64,000 nt of DNA from Mizuhopecten yessoensis (Eukaryota), in assembly GCF_002113885.1 (NCBI RefSeq), contig NW_018404492.1, positions 3,097,109-3,161,108 on the forward strand, in the 5' to 3' direction. Shown here in pieces: positions 24,607 to 35,156 of the stretch (positions are counted from its first letter, which is position 1; each line of letters starts with the position of its first letter). The notes under the pieces are model-generated. The model did not search any database, had not been told where the DNA came from, and was given only the letters and a program-made list of their open reading frames with translations. Made by a program: the position numbers and the translations under genes.

Positions 24607-27201
24607 ATGGAATCTCAAGATTCAATTGGCGAGCTACTTACACATGCCATAGATTTTGCCAATGTCATGAGCAACTCAGTGGATAGCATTTATCGGCCCA
24701 TTGCAGAGGAAGCCGTTGCCTATGGCAAGCGTCTCAATGTGGATGTGGTGAAATGTGGCAGTCATGCTGAGCGTTTGTATCTCCCCTACTTCAGCAGAGC
24801 GAACGATGATGCAATATGGGCGATTGACGCCAGTACAGATATAGATATGATGTTTGTGTTTGAAAACTATCATGTAGTTTCAGACGTGGAAAAATCACAT
24901 ATGAAAACTGACATCATTCAATATCAATTAGTGGAAGCAGCCCATCCAGGGTACTTCTTCATAATTCCTTCAAAAGATCTGTCTAGCGAGGACGTTACAA
25001 AACTTACAGTGTCACAGGTCCAGAATATTGCGTTATCGAGTGAAACGTTGAAGAGGCAATTAGAAGAATCTATCAAGCACAGCAGGAAAGGGGCAATCAA
25101 TCTTATATTTATGGAAACACCGACTCTGAATGGACCATCGGTTACCTTCGAGTCTCGTATGAACAGTGGAGTAATGGTTTCAATTGACTGCGTCTTCGGT
25201 GTGAAATGCTCATCGTGGCCAAAACAGCTGGACAACTTCTTCACTAGGGAAAGACATTGTGAATGGCCATGCGTCACACTACTGGGAGAAATTAGAGAAC
25301 AGGGGTGTCATCTGGTGGCTACCGGGGCACACGGCAGCTGCTTACGCCCCTTCGAGTGGAGATTATCGTCAACAAGGGCAGAGAAAATGTTAGCATGGTC
25401 TTTATCAGAAAAACAACGCCTTGCATATCAGATTGCAAAGTCGTTGATCAAATCACACGACAAGACGAAATGTATCGCATCCTACTACGTTAAGACGGCT
25501 CTTTTCTGGCTTTGTGAAGAACGTCAGCAAAGCGTCTGGACGGCATCCTCAAATCTTGAGAATATAAAATGCATACTGGAAAAAATATTTCATTTCTTTG
25601 CCAACAAAAATGTTCCAAACTATTTTGTAGAAGAAAACAATCTTGTCGACCACTTTGAAGACGAGATATTCGTGCATGCTATTGAGGGTCTTGTGGAGCT
25701 GAATGAAATGTTACTACCCAGACTTGCACAACTTTTACAACGCGTGTCAGTTATGCCAGTGGAGTTTCAGCAAACCCCAGCAGAAATGATTACATCGGAA
25801 AATTCAAAAGCGTTACTTGAGTATTTGTGTGTTAACTTTTGTTTTGGAAGTATAGCTCACACAATTTTATCTCAGATAGAAAACAAAACGCATGTCAACT
25901 ATTTGTACTTGGCTGAAACTATGTTCAAACATCTGACAAGTTCATCACACGTCGAACAAATTGACACAACTGTGAAACACGCAACAAATGAGCGTTTATC
26001 GTGCCAAGAGGTAAACAAGGACCAGACGCAAGACGTGTTATTGAACAAGATGTGGTCTCTATCAAGGTCAGGCTTACATTCTGCATGCAGTCTTCTAGAA
26101 AATATAATCCAATACTTCCAGTCAAAGGAATCCGACATGGAAATAATTTGGAAACTTTGTGTAGAACTGGAAAATATTGCAGCTACCCTTTTGAATGGTT
26201 ATTGTCAGCCACAAAATGCAGGAACAACTGTTGTAAATGACTGTATTTATTTGCTGGACAGAAGCGCGCATCTGCATCATGAGTATGCCTTCACATACAC
26301 ACAGAAATATTGGAAACAGTATCCTCGATATCGTATAGAACCAACAAATAATCCAAACAAACTCTCATTTTATTTCTTGGAAATGTGGATAATATTGCTT
26401 ATCAAATATCAACGAGAGGGTAACTGCCAATTTGGGATCATAGGTCGAGGGAACAAAGACAACATGCGACTTCCAATCTGTGTTCGACGACTGGTGGATT
26501 TCATGCTTTTCTATGACAATGATAAAACATGGGTTCTTTTGCAGATCGATTCAGCCTTGTTTGGTGGGAAACCAATTGCGAACTCCCTAAAGATAAAATG
26601 TATTCAGCATTCATCTACAAACTTGAAAATGGACGGGTTAATCAATTTAACAAAACTGAAAATTCGTGCGAAAGCATACAGGACGGACGTAGAAAAGGGC
26701 CACCTGCAGGTGGAACTTGGCAAACTGTGTTGCATCAAAGGAAAACAGTGCAACTACTCAGAGGACCAATCTAAATGGCACAGCCGGTCTCAGGAATATT
26801 TCAGAGATGCTCTCAGTTCTTGCCCCTCGGACATATCAGTGAAAGTTGATTTTGCGGCTTTTTTGTTTACAACCAACCGTAATAATGAAAGCATTGGCCT
26901 TCTTCAAGACGTCTTCACATGTGCAGGGGAAGGAACCACTGTGAATACGTACAATATCAACACATACCGTACCCTCCCTGAAGGGTTACAAGAACTCGTA
27001 GGCAACAAATTCCCAATAGTCATACCATCACTTTTGATCGGGTGCTACTACATTCTTGCAACTTACAAAACTATAAAGATGTCACGAGATCATTCTTTAT
27101 TTGGCAAAATAGTGGCTTGTCTAAAGGATGCAGTTTCTTCAAGTGACGAGGATACTCGGAAGCTAGGGCAGCACATAATTACAGCTTTCTTATCTCACTA
27201 A
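24607..27201 (+). CDS. Mab-21/cGAS-like receptor (cGLR-family nucleotidyltransferase) with long helical/TPR-like C-terminus, 864 aa
   Basis: Uninterrupted ORF. NTase motifs KCGSHAE...TDIDMMF and SIDCVFG. Mab-21 motifs GCHLVA, EWRLSSTRAEKML, SYYVKTALFWLCE, VPNYFVEENNL. TPR-like helices at ~aa 700-780. Probable short 5'UTR intron 24438-24491; AATAAA at 27433. Confidence 0.92.
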   Translation: MESQDSIGELLTHAIDFANVMSNSVDSIYRPIAEEAVAYGKRLNVDVVKCGSHAERLYLPYFSRANDDAIWAIDASTDIDMMFVFENYHVVSDVEKSHMKTDIIQYQLVEAAHPGYFFIIPSKDLSSEDVTKLTVSQVQNIALSSETLKRQLEESIKHSRKGAINLIFMETPTLNGPSVTFESRMNSGVMVSIDCVFGVKCSSWPKQLDNFFTRERHCEWPCVTLLGEIREQGCHLVATGAHGSCLRPFEWRLSSTRAEKMLAWSLSEKQRLAYQIAKSLIKSHDKTKCIASYYVKTALFWLCEERQQSVWTASSNLENIKCILEKIFHFFANKNVPNYFVEENNLVDHFEDEIFVHAIEGLVELNEMLLPRLAQLLQRVSVMPVEFQQTPAEMITSENSKALLEYLCVNFCFGSIAHTILSQIENKTHVNYLYLAETMFKHLTSSSHVEQIDTTVKHATNERLSCQEVNKDQTQDVLLNKMWSLSRSGLHSACSLLENIIQYFQSKESDMEIIWKLCVELENIAATLLNGYCQPQNAGTTVVNDCIYLLDRSAHLHHEYAFTYTQKYWKQYPRYRIEPTNNPNKLSFYFLEMWIILLIKYQREGNCQFGIIGRGNKDNMRLPICVRRLVDFMLFYDNDKTWVLLQIDSALFGGKPIANSLKIKCIQHSSTNLKMDGLINLTKLKIRAKAYRTDVEKGHLQVELGKLCCIKGKQCNYSEDQSKWHSRSQEYFRDALSSCPSDISVKVDFAAFLFTTNRNNESIGLLQDVFTCAGEGTTVNTYNINTYRTLPEGLQELVGNKFPIVIPSLLIGCYYILATYKTIKMSRDHSLFGKIVACLKDAVSSSDEDTRKLGQHIITAFLSH

Positions 27202-27549
27202 ACTCTATATCTGTATGTTTATTTTCATATAACAGCAAATATGACGCTCCCGAACTAACCTTACTAAATGGCATCTTTCCGTATAATTTTGACTACCATA
27301 AGCAGATCCGATATGCGTTTCTTATTTAAAATGCATGTATCTCTTTTATAAACAAAGAAAAACAAAAAGATACAAAGGCTTTCCTACTGGAAACTCTGAA
27401 CACCAGTGAATAATACTTTAACTGTTTTTTAGAATAAAGGTTAAGCTAAATAGAAAAATTGTCGAACCTATACTGGAACTTGACTACTTCTGAAGTGATT
27501 ACGGAGAATGTATTTGTACAAATGTTTAAATGACCCAAAGTTGCACGTC

Positions 27550-28155
27550 TATACTTCAATAGCGTTCAGTAAATGATAGGTAGCTCGTTTCGTCCCTGGT
27601 CCCTGCTGAGGGAATATTAGCCCCTTCCAATTCAATAACATACCTGGCGTTTAGCATGTTAGAGAGAGCAGAGTTCCCTATATTCTGTCCTACCTGCATT
27701 CCAAGACTTTGGCTGCAAGGGCACTCTGTGGCACATAGACTCCACACATCTGTACAGGCTATTATGTAAAGCTTTTGAAATTTCCCCTGAAGTTTTGTCT
27801 TTGGGTACTTCAAGTTTAGAAAATTAGATCTGAGGCAGTTCTGTGCTTTTAATGTACTGCTAACCCCAGTTGTTGTAAATCCTCATTAGACCTTAAGAAC
27901 TGACTGTCCGTAACGAATGGTTATAATGGAGCATTGACTGATCATCTAACACACCTCCGAGACCGGTAATTGGTCGGATTGTGTTGAAATGTTTCAATGT
28001 CTGAAAGGCCCTTTCCTCGTGGTCTTAGATCATAAGAGATTGATGTATTCACTGATGTTCTATATCCTTCATTGTGATGGTATGGCTCTGTGTAGTAGCG
28101 CTCTTACGGTACTTTTCTTGTGTTGCAGCCGATGATGGTAGTCGAATATTAATAT
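27550..28155 (-). mobile_element. Penelope-like retroelement remnant (RT thumb plus decayed GIY-YIG endonuclease)
   Basis: Minus strand LIFDYHHRLQHKKSTVRALLHRA, followed by YPKTK...LYIIACTD...NSALS. Confidence 0.65.
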
Positions 28156-28576
28156 AAGACACAGACATAAATATGCGAGGCTGTAGTCTATTTAAATGGG
28201 TATTTTGGAATATATAATTTGTTCACAGAAAATAACCAAAAACGTAAGCAATAACAATTAATAAAAACATATAAAACAATTTCAATATATCTTTATTATA
28301 ACAACCTTTATATAAATATATATTTGAATATAAATATTTTAACACAAGTTCACAGTTGATATGATAGATAATGTTAATTTACGAATTCATTTTCATCAGG
28401 ATACATTCCATTATTTGTGGGATGCGTAAACGTTTGAGTTATGTATTCTTAATATCTCAGTTCTACATTTAACATCTAATTTTAAATAATACAGGTAAGA
28501 CAATTTTTAACATTCTTTTTTGAGAAAAAATCGAATAGACGAATCCTCATATGGTTTAATATAATATATATTTGTT

Positions 28577-28697
28577 TCATTTGCTGTTGAAATATTTCAT
28601 ATGTTGATCCGGATCGACCTGGTTCACAATAAGGCCTTCGCCATTATTGTCGGTGTCGTTTAAAAGCTTGAAGAGTGCTTCTGTCATCACATCGGTA
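28577..28697 (-). CDS. HPGD: 15-hydroxyprostaglandin dehydrogenase-like SDR, exon 7 (terminal)
   Basis: ttgtctttcag|T ACC GAT...; TDVMTEALFKLLNDTDNNGEGLIVNQVDPDQHMKYFNSK-TGA; minus-strand AATAAA at ~28292-28297. Confidence 0.85.
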
Positions 28698-29172
28698 CTG
28701 AAAGACAAAATAAAAAAGTTACAATAAGTTTACTGTGTCTTCCCCTTTTAATTTGAACGTTATAAATTACAAATACCAGACCGTAAATTCGTGGGATACA
28801 CATGGGCATATCACTGATAATACAAAGGAGTCTCGATAAAGTGGCTGAAGTAGGAGATGACTGGACCCTTGGTACAATATACCTAAAGAAAATATGGACA
28901 TGTTCTTTTAAACACCCGATGTATAAAGGATTAACGGAGTTACGGATAGTTGTGACCGAGGTTAGGAATATTGACCGAGGAATGGATAGTGGTTACTGAA
29001 GTTATGAATCACATTTTTTGTTATTTTGATGCTATAATTAAATGCACGCCAATATATGTAAAAATAAAAAAAAAACATTGTACCTTTCTTTGTTTTTATC
29101 TATAAAGAGTTTTTTTCTCAAATAAATGTGGTTACAAACAATATGTGGAAATGAAATGGTGGCTGTCCCTAC

Positions 29173-29303
29173 CTCATCAGGCTCGTATCACCGAAGAACT
29201 TTTTCCTCATCTGCTGTATGTCATCAGTGATCATTTCGGTATCTATGGCTCCGGGACAGAGACAGGTAAACTTCACTCCGTTTTCTTTCATCTCCGGCAT
29301 TTC
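29173..29303 (-). CDS. HPGD: 15-PGDH-like SDR, exon 6
   Basis: EMPEMKENGVKFTCLCPGAIDTEMI...; phase 0 in, phase 2 out, donor gtagg. Confidence 0.9.
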
Positions 29304-30702
29304 CTTTGGGTAGGTATACGTAAGAATTTAAAAAAAAATCACAACAAAATGATAACAAATTATGATAGAACTGTGACAGGACCTACTGCTTCTATCGGGG
29401 ATCAAACTAGCGACTCTACTTGCCCAGCCCGCTGTTCTACCGACTGTAGGAATGAGAAACTTACTCTAGCTTGAAGCTTGAAGGCGACTTTGACTCTCAA
29501 GCTAACCCAAAACATGTTCATGTTTCCTCCCCGAACACCACTAGACAAAGTTTAAACATTTTATTTCATAATATTTTATGGCGTAAACAATAGGATTGAC
29601 AGCAGGCTAGGCCTATATAAGTTCTCTCCTTAGGTTGACATGACAAAGACAAAGATGAAACGGTTAGTAAGAAAATATTGATACAAATTATATATTATAA
29701 GTAGCATAACTCCCCAGTCTATATATAGCAGATGGCATAGGGGAGATAAATCCATGAATGTTTCAATTATAAATTATATATAGATATTTAATTGACATTT
29801 TGAGCTATACAATGCTCTTATTAAAAAGTCAATCAGAATTAATTAGTAATAGGCAAGCAATGCCCTAATGATATAACATAAAGAGAAATTGCTACAATTT
29901 TATTTTTATTTTTATGCAAGTCATTAATGCCCCCTGTTCATACCCTGCTGCTGTTACACAAAGTAGTTAAAAGTATAGAACCATGTAGTATCAATATATA
30001 TCCATTGGTATGAGTGATAAAAAAGTAAGGGATATAGCAACAACAAAATATAAAAGTAAAATGAGGCAATTCAGCTAGAAGATTTTGAAATACATGAAGT
30101 ATATGTGTAAGATGTATTGCCAGTGTTCTATGTGTAAATCTTTCATTCCATGGAGTTTCAGGCAAAAAATCTCTAACGGCCTCTACCGTTCACATATCAT
30201 CCACTCGAGAAGAATCCAGATTTAAACCCGGAACACTTAAGCATTCAAAGTTAGCACAATTTAGTTTTACTTTATTGCACCCATCAGTAAAAACAGAACC
30301 CAAAGCTTAATCCTTTAGGTGTATAGGATAAACATCAATGTATACATAACAATCAGTTGAATCACATAATGCCTTTCTGCTTTCACAATTTGTAAATACA
30401 TCAGAGATATCATTATTGAAACATATTTCATTATATTTAGTAGGGGAATGTAGATCTGCCGCGAAAATTAAGCAGTATATATAACGTTATTAATGTCCCA
30501 ATCAAAAGCATGTAAGTATCAAATACACTGCCAGTTTATTCTTAACAATCGTATCAAGCATGTCGTATAGAAACAATTCGGCAATCTCGGTTGAAACAAT
30601 TATGTTTTAATATTTCAAATAGTAAACAAAAGTGTTACACAGGTTTGATACTATACCATGATCGAAGTTTTGAATTTGATTCCTGTTAACGTTAGTACTT
30701 AC

Positions 30703-30779
30703 CGCAAAAGATTTCGTCAGGCCAAACACTCCATATTTACTGGCAGAATAAACTGGCAGTATCGAACACGGTTGGACAC
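30703..30779 (-). CDS. HPGD: 15-PGDH-like SDR, exon 5 (catalytic YxxxK)
   Basis: 77 nt; GVQPCSILPVYSASKYGVFGLTKSFA; tacag| and |gtaagt. Confidence 0.92.
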
Positions 30780-31707
30780 CTGTACAAAGGAAAAAGATAT
30801 TTCAATAATTTTATGTATCATCGACGTAAGTTGTTGTCTGCCCTTTCATGCTTGTATAGAATTCAGTGTCATAAAAATACAACAGTATACCAGCTAGAAC
30901 TAACGCAAAGTCCACATAGAATGTATCTAGCCTGTTCAAATCCAATTCGCAAGAACGTTGTAATATTCAAAAAAAATAAATGGATACTTTGTTCTTTTCA
31001 ATTTAAATCATTGAAACATTGGAGAAACAAGATAAAATTTTATTTATTCCAGTAAGAATACAAACAGTATTGTAAAAAAAACACACCTATATCATAAGTT
31101 CTTTTTATTCAATAGAAAGACGCTGGCGTTCTTCAGATTCACTTCATCGTACAATACCAACAAGTGTCATTCTCTCAATGGCTAGCAAATACAGCTCGAG
31201 TTTTGACCATGGTGAAAAGATTATAATTAAAGAGAACATTAAATGTGTACGAAAAATCCGGTTAAAATTGTTTCTAAGAGTGAAAAATTGTGTCCTATTG
31301 AGATAGAGAATCCCCGCACTACTGCCAGAAATGGTTACTATGTGTTGGAAACTTCTGTTTCCTGCATGACTATAGTGTTTTGATCTCATACAGACAAAAC
31401 AGAAACAAAAACAGAAAACTAGTCCTTGTGGAACTTATCAAGATGAAATATATTAGTAAAAAAAATCAAAAACAGTTTTCTGAGTGTTAAAACGCAATGG
31501 GGCCACCCCGGCTTTAAACCCTTTGATACCGATCATTCCGATAAAAGCCAAATTAAGGGGAGGTTACCTTGTGTACAAAAAACTTGATTTTAGGCAGATT
31601 CGACTGTTAAACATTAACAATTAATACTTGAAGAAAGCTTACCACTGTTAAAACCAACAAATCAACAAAAAGAATTCCCGGAAAGTTATGTATCGCTTAT
31701 ATCTCAC

Positions 31708-31804
31708 CAAATATGGAGCACATGTTGACCACTATACCACCATGGCCACCCCGGTCCTTCCTTAACGCCTCCGCAGCAAGTTGTGTTCCAAGTATAGATC
31801 CTTT
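31708..31804 (-). CDS. HPGD: 15-PGDH-like SDR, exon 4
   Basis: 97 nt; KGSILGTQLAAEALRKDRGGHGGIVVNMCSIF; caacag| and |gtgag. Confidence 0.92.
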
Positions 31805-32009
31805 CTGTTGACCATTTCAAATTAGATGAACAAATGAATAGTAGCTACTTTGTTATAATTACGTATTATTGAGCAAACACACATTTTTCTCGTGTTTACA
31901 ATATGTCCGTTTACAAGTTTTGGATGATTTCAGAAGTACATTTCTTAGATGTCAATGATTGTGTGAATAAGGACCAAATTTGATTTCTGAATCTGGAATA
32001 TAAGAATGC

Positions 32010-32140
32010 ACATACTGTATAGTAGAATTCGAATCTAATACAAAACCATGAAAATAAAGCGTTTTATCGCTGGCTCTGCTGGATGCTCAACCAATCTATT
32101 ATCCAAACTTCTAACTGCCATTCTTAGTACCATAATTATG
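32010..32140 (+). mobile_element. Short Penelope-like RT fragment (intronic)
   Basis: Reads KRFIAGSAGCSTNLLSKLLTAILSTI, resembling the RT finger region of Penelope-like elements. Confidence 0.5.
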
Positions 32141-32349
32141 TTCAGGGTCACTGTCATTATGTGACATCGTACTTCAGACGTAGAATCACGCCTTGCAGGA
32201 AGTTTCTCTCTTCATCGATGCCAACTAAAACTGCTCGGCTACTTGGACTTATAAATACTCATGATGGTGAGGCAGCAAACGATTTATAGAAAGGTAAAAA
32301 AAAACAGAGAGCATATTAAGGCAAAATAGATATGATTACACTGCTTATA

Positions 32350-32556
32350 CTGTATACCGGGAAACATTCGTCCAGTAAAATATCCGCCCTTCACTGGTAA
32401 AATCTATAGTCGCCCAGTGTTAATTTCGCCCTTCGCATGTACTAACTATAAAGGCTAAATTGTGTGCATACATTCACTGTTAGGATAAATTCGCCCTTAT
32501 TGCGGCGGGCGTAAAGGGCGAAAATTAAATTGGAGCCTTAATCTTCCGGTTTACAG
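32350..32556. mobile_element. Tc1/mariner-type MITE
   Basis: TA|CTGTATACCGG ... CCGGTTTACAG|TA with internal ttcgccc/gggcgaa repeats. Confidence 0.7.
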
Positions 32557-32662
32557 TATTTTCATGTTTCTGTTAAACTGCTTATGATAGAAATATCCAT
32601 ATGTATTAAATTAGGTTTTTAATGGAATACGAGTAAAAGAGTCAACGTTAAATCGATTTTAC

Positions 32663-32769
32663 CAAGTTTACGTCAACGACTTTCCCCCAGTTTTCCTCGT
32701 CTGCTACTCCAGCATTGTTTATGACGATGTCGACCCTTTTGAATTTGTTCTTAGTTACCTGAAACACAT
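32663..32769 (-). CDS. HPGD: 15-PGDH-like SDR, exon 3 (NNAG motif)
   Basis: 107 nt; VFQVTKNKFKRVDIVINNAGVADEENWGKVVDVNL; ttcag| and |gtaaaa. Confidence 0.92.
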
Positions 32770-34705
32770 CTGAATATGTATATTAAAATTAGTAAGATTT
32801 AATCCCATTTCATTTTTCAAGTAAAGCATCTGTATAAGAAATGATTATATTTTTGGTGTGGTAATCATTATTTATTAATTACCGGTAGGTGTTTAGTATT
32901 GCTTATTGATAGGATGTGCAGTATAAACTGATTAATGATAAGGTATTCAAACTTAATTGATTATCTGTATGATGTTTACCCTCAGTCATTATACCATAAA
33001 TTCCACGCCCGAACATTCACCTCTAGTTATATAGACTGCCTAATAGCGCCATGATAGTGCCATTACATAAAACATACAGCTACCGAGCTCAACAATGATT
33101 TTATCTTACACTCAACCGCTTGCGACAAACTTACGCTCTCATGGCCTTAGATCTGCATGTAGACACATGACATAGCTAAATTGCTATTATGGAATACAGG
33201 GTGACAATACAGGACTGTGCAGTATCTGAGCTGAAGGAGGTTCTGAACAAATATGAAAAGATATGTACTCATACTTCAGTTATTCACTAAGACCAACTAT
33301 GGTAAAGACTCAACCACGTTTATCAGATGATGATCGAGGTGAAACCGAACTAGGCCTAAATGAATTCCGGGATCCATTCTGGCAAAAATGACACACAAAC
33401 CTTTTCTATCGGTAAAAAAAGATAATATAAACCTACCTTTGTTTATTTGAGGAAATCCATTGTGTTTTTTTCGCATGAAGCCTAAAAGCTAACAAACAAT
33501 TCATTTCGAAACGAAAGTGAGTATTGCGCAGACTCTGTTAGTTGTTGCTAACGAGAAATGTATCTTCATCAAAACGAGTTCCAACGTTAGTTACGTTTGC
33601 GTCAACGTCTAAACCTACCTTTACGTGCAGTATTGTGAAACGGACTTGACGTAAACGTAAATATAATCGTAACTCGATTTACGTCTACGTTTACGTCTAC
33701 GTGTAATGTTACGACTTTTAGTGAAACTGGGTCCAGTAGTGTAAGTTTGCTATTATACATGTAGAAAATGCTGAACGTAACATAGAGTAATTGTTTTTTG
33801 AGTTCATTGGCATGATATTGCAGATGAAATAAAGATAATATTTGGATTAGAGCTACCTGCTGCACACGTAATACGTAGCGCAGACACTTTATTTGTTATT
33901 ATAGATTAGCAAGGTAACTCAATGCCTTTCTAGAGATGAACGTATGCTGTGTTTAGAGACTTGCTATAATAATTCCTTCTCTTCTTTTTGTTCATTTCAA
34001 AAAGACATTTTTATCATTGACACTTCGTCCTAAAGTGATAGGTATTTGTTTTAATAAAAGAAGTACCTTGCAGCTGGAAATCATTCTCGCACTGTTAACA
34101 TTAAATACTACATAGTAGTTTAAGAATATATTACCTCTTGTTACCAAATCTTGGTACCTTCTGTAATACCTCTATATATGTTTCGAAACACTTCACAAGT
34201 GGATTTTCATTCCTTTTTTGTCTTTCTTACTACTGATGAATATTAAATTGACAGAAATACCATTTAGTGCATTACAAATGTTTACGTTATTTGGCTGTGT
34301 CTGCGAGTGCAGCCACGTACACAGACCACCGTTCGGTTTTTTAATTCTTCTTCAAAATGGATTTTTGGCTTTTAACATGCTTGTGGACTTTCAAACAGCC
34401 GGTTTTTGTCACTGTTTTCATATCAATTTAGCTGTTGCGAGAATAAAAAATCTTAAACGAACAAATTGTAGTACGAGTTTATATAATGACATCCAGCGAA
34501 AATTGCTTCTATAGCAACACAGATTTCATCCCATATTTTTTTATTTTTTTTTAAATCGTACTGTTTATAAATATCGTATTGTTTACAAATATATTAGTCA
34601 TAACCCTCGACATGAATCCTCAATCATCATAGGCAAGACTTCAATAAGTATATTATGAGACAGGCGACTATCTAAAAGGCCAAGATAAAAACAACAGTAA
34701 CTTAC

Positions 34706-34829
34706 TTTTAAATTGGTCTTCATTCCTTACATCACATACTGCAAATATCACATTTTGTTCACCGTAAGTTGTTGCCAAACTCTGTCCGGTTGTAGTTACC
34801 AGTTCTTCATTTATATCTGATATGCAAAC
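34706..34829 (-). CDS. HPGD: 15-PGDH-like SDR, exon 2
   Basis: 124 nt; VCISDINEELVTTTGQSLATTYGEQNVIFAVCDVRNEDQFK; gttttag| and |gtaagt. Confidence 0.92.
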
Positions 34830-35156
34830 CTAAAACAAAACAAAGTACATATATATATGTAACTAGATAAAAGTATTATAGATAAAAAGCTTTTCCAACA
34901 CATCACTTATCAAAAAAAAAAAACTGTTGAAAATTGGTGACCTTTGACCCAACTACGAAGATTTTTTTTTTGTATTAATATGTAATGAGTCATTTTAAAA
35001 TTTTGATCTATGACCATTGGATTTTGACCTACTTAAAAATGTTTTAATGACACCTTTTGACCTTCGCCTACAATAAACTTGAAAGACTATAAACACATCT
35101 GCTACCAATCAAAAGATTAGGTGGCCACAAAAACATGGCAGAAGGAGAAGAAAGGT

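Larger units (their letters stand above)
17150..24940 (+). repeat. Left arm of a large inverted segmental duplication
   Basis: Reverse complement of 54864-64000. Mirrored ORFs: 18089/61820, 18536/61373, 22913/56537, 23647/55802. Inner breakpoint gtggaagcag (24940) matches 54864. Confidence 0.95.

Noticed and set aside
24607-27201. Bacterial CBASS CD-NTase operon
   Set aside because: Motifs are metazoan Mab-21 type; neighbours are spliced genes and animal transposons; no effector operon.
29560-30470. Possible LINE fragment in SDR intron 5
   Set aside because: The 3'-end-like sequence resembles 5625-5690, but no convincing protein motif could be read, so it is not called.
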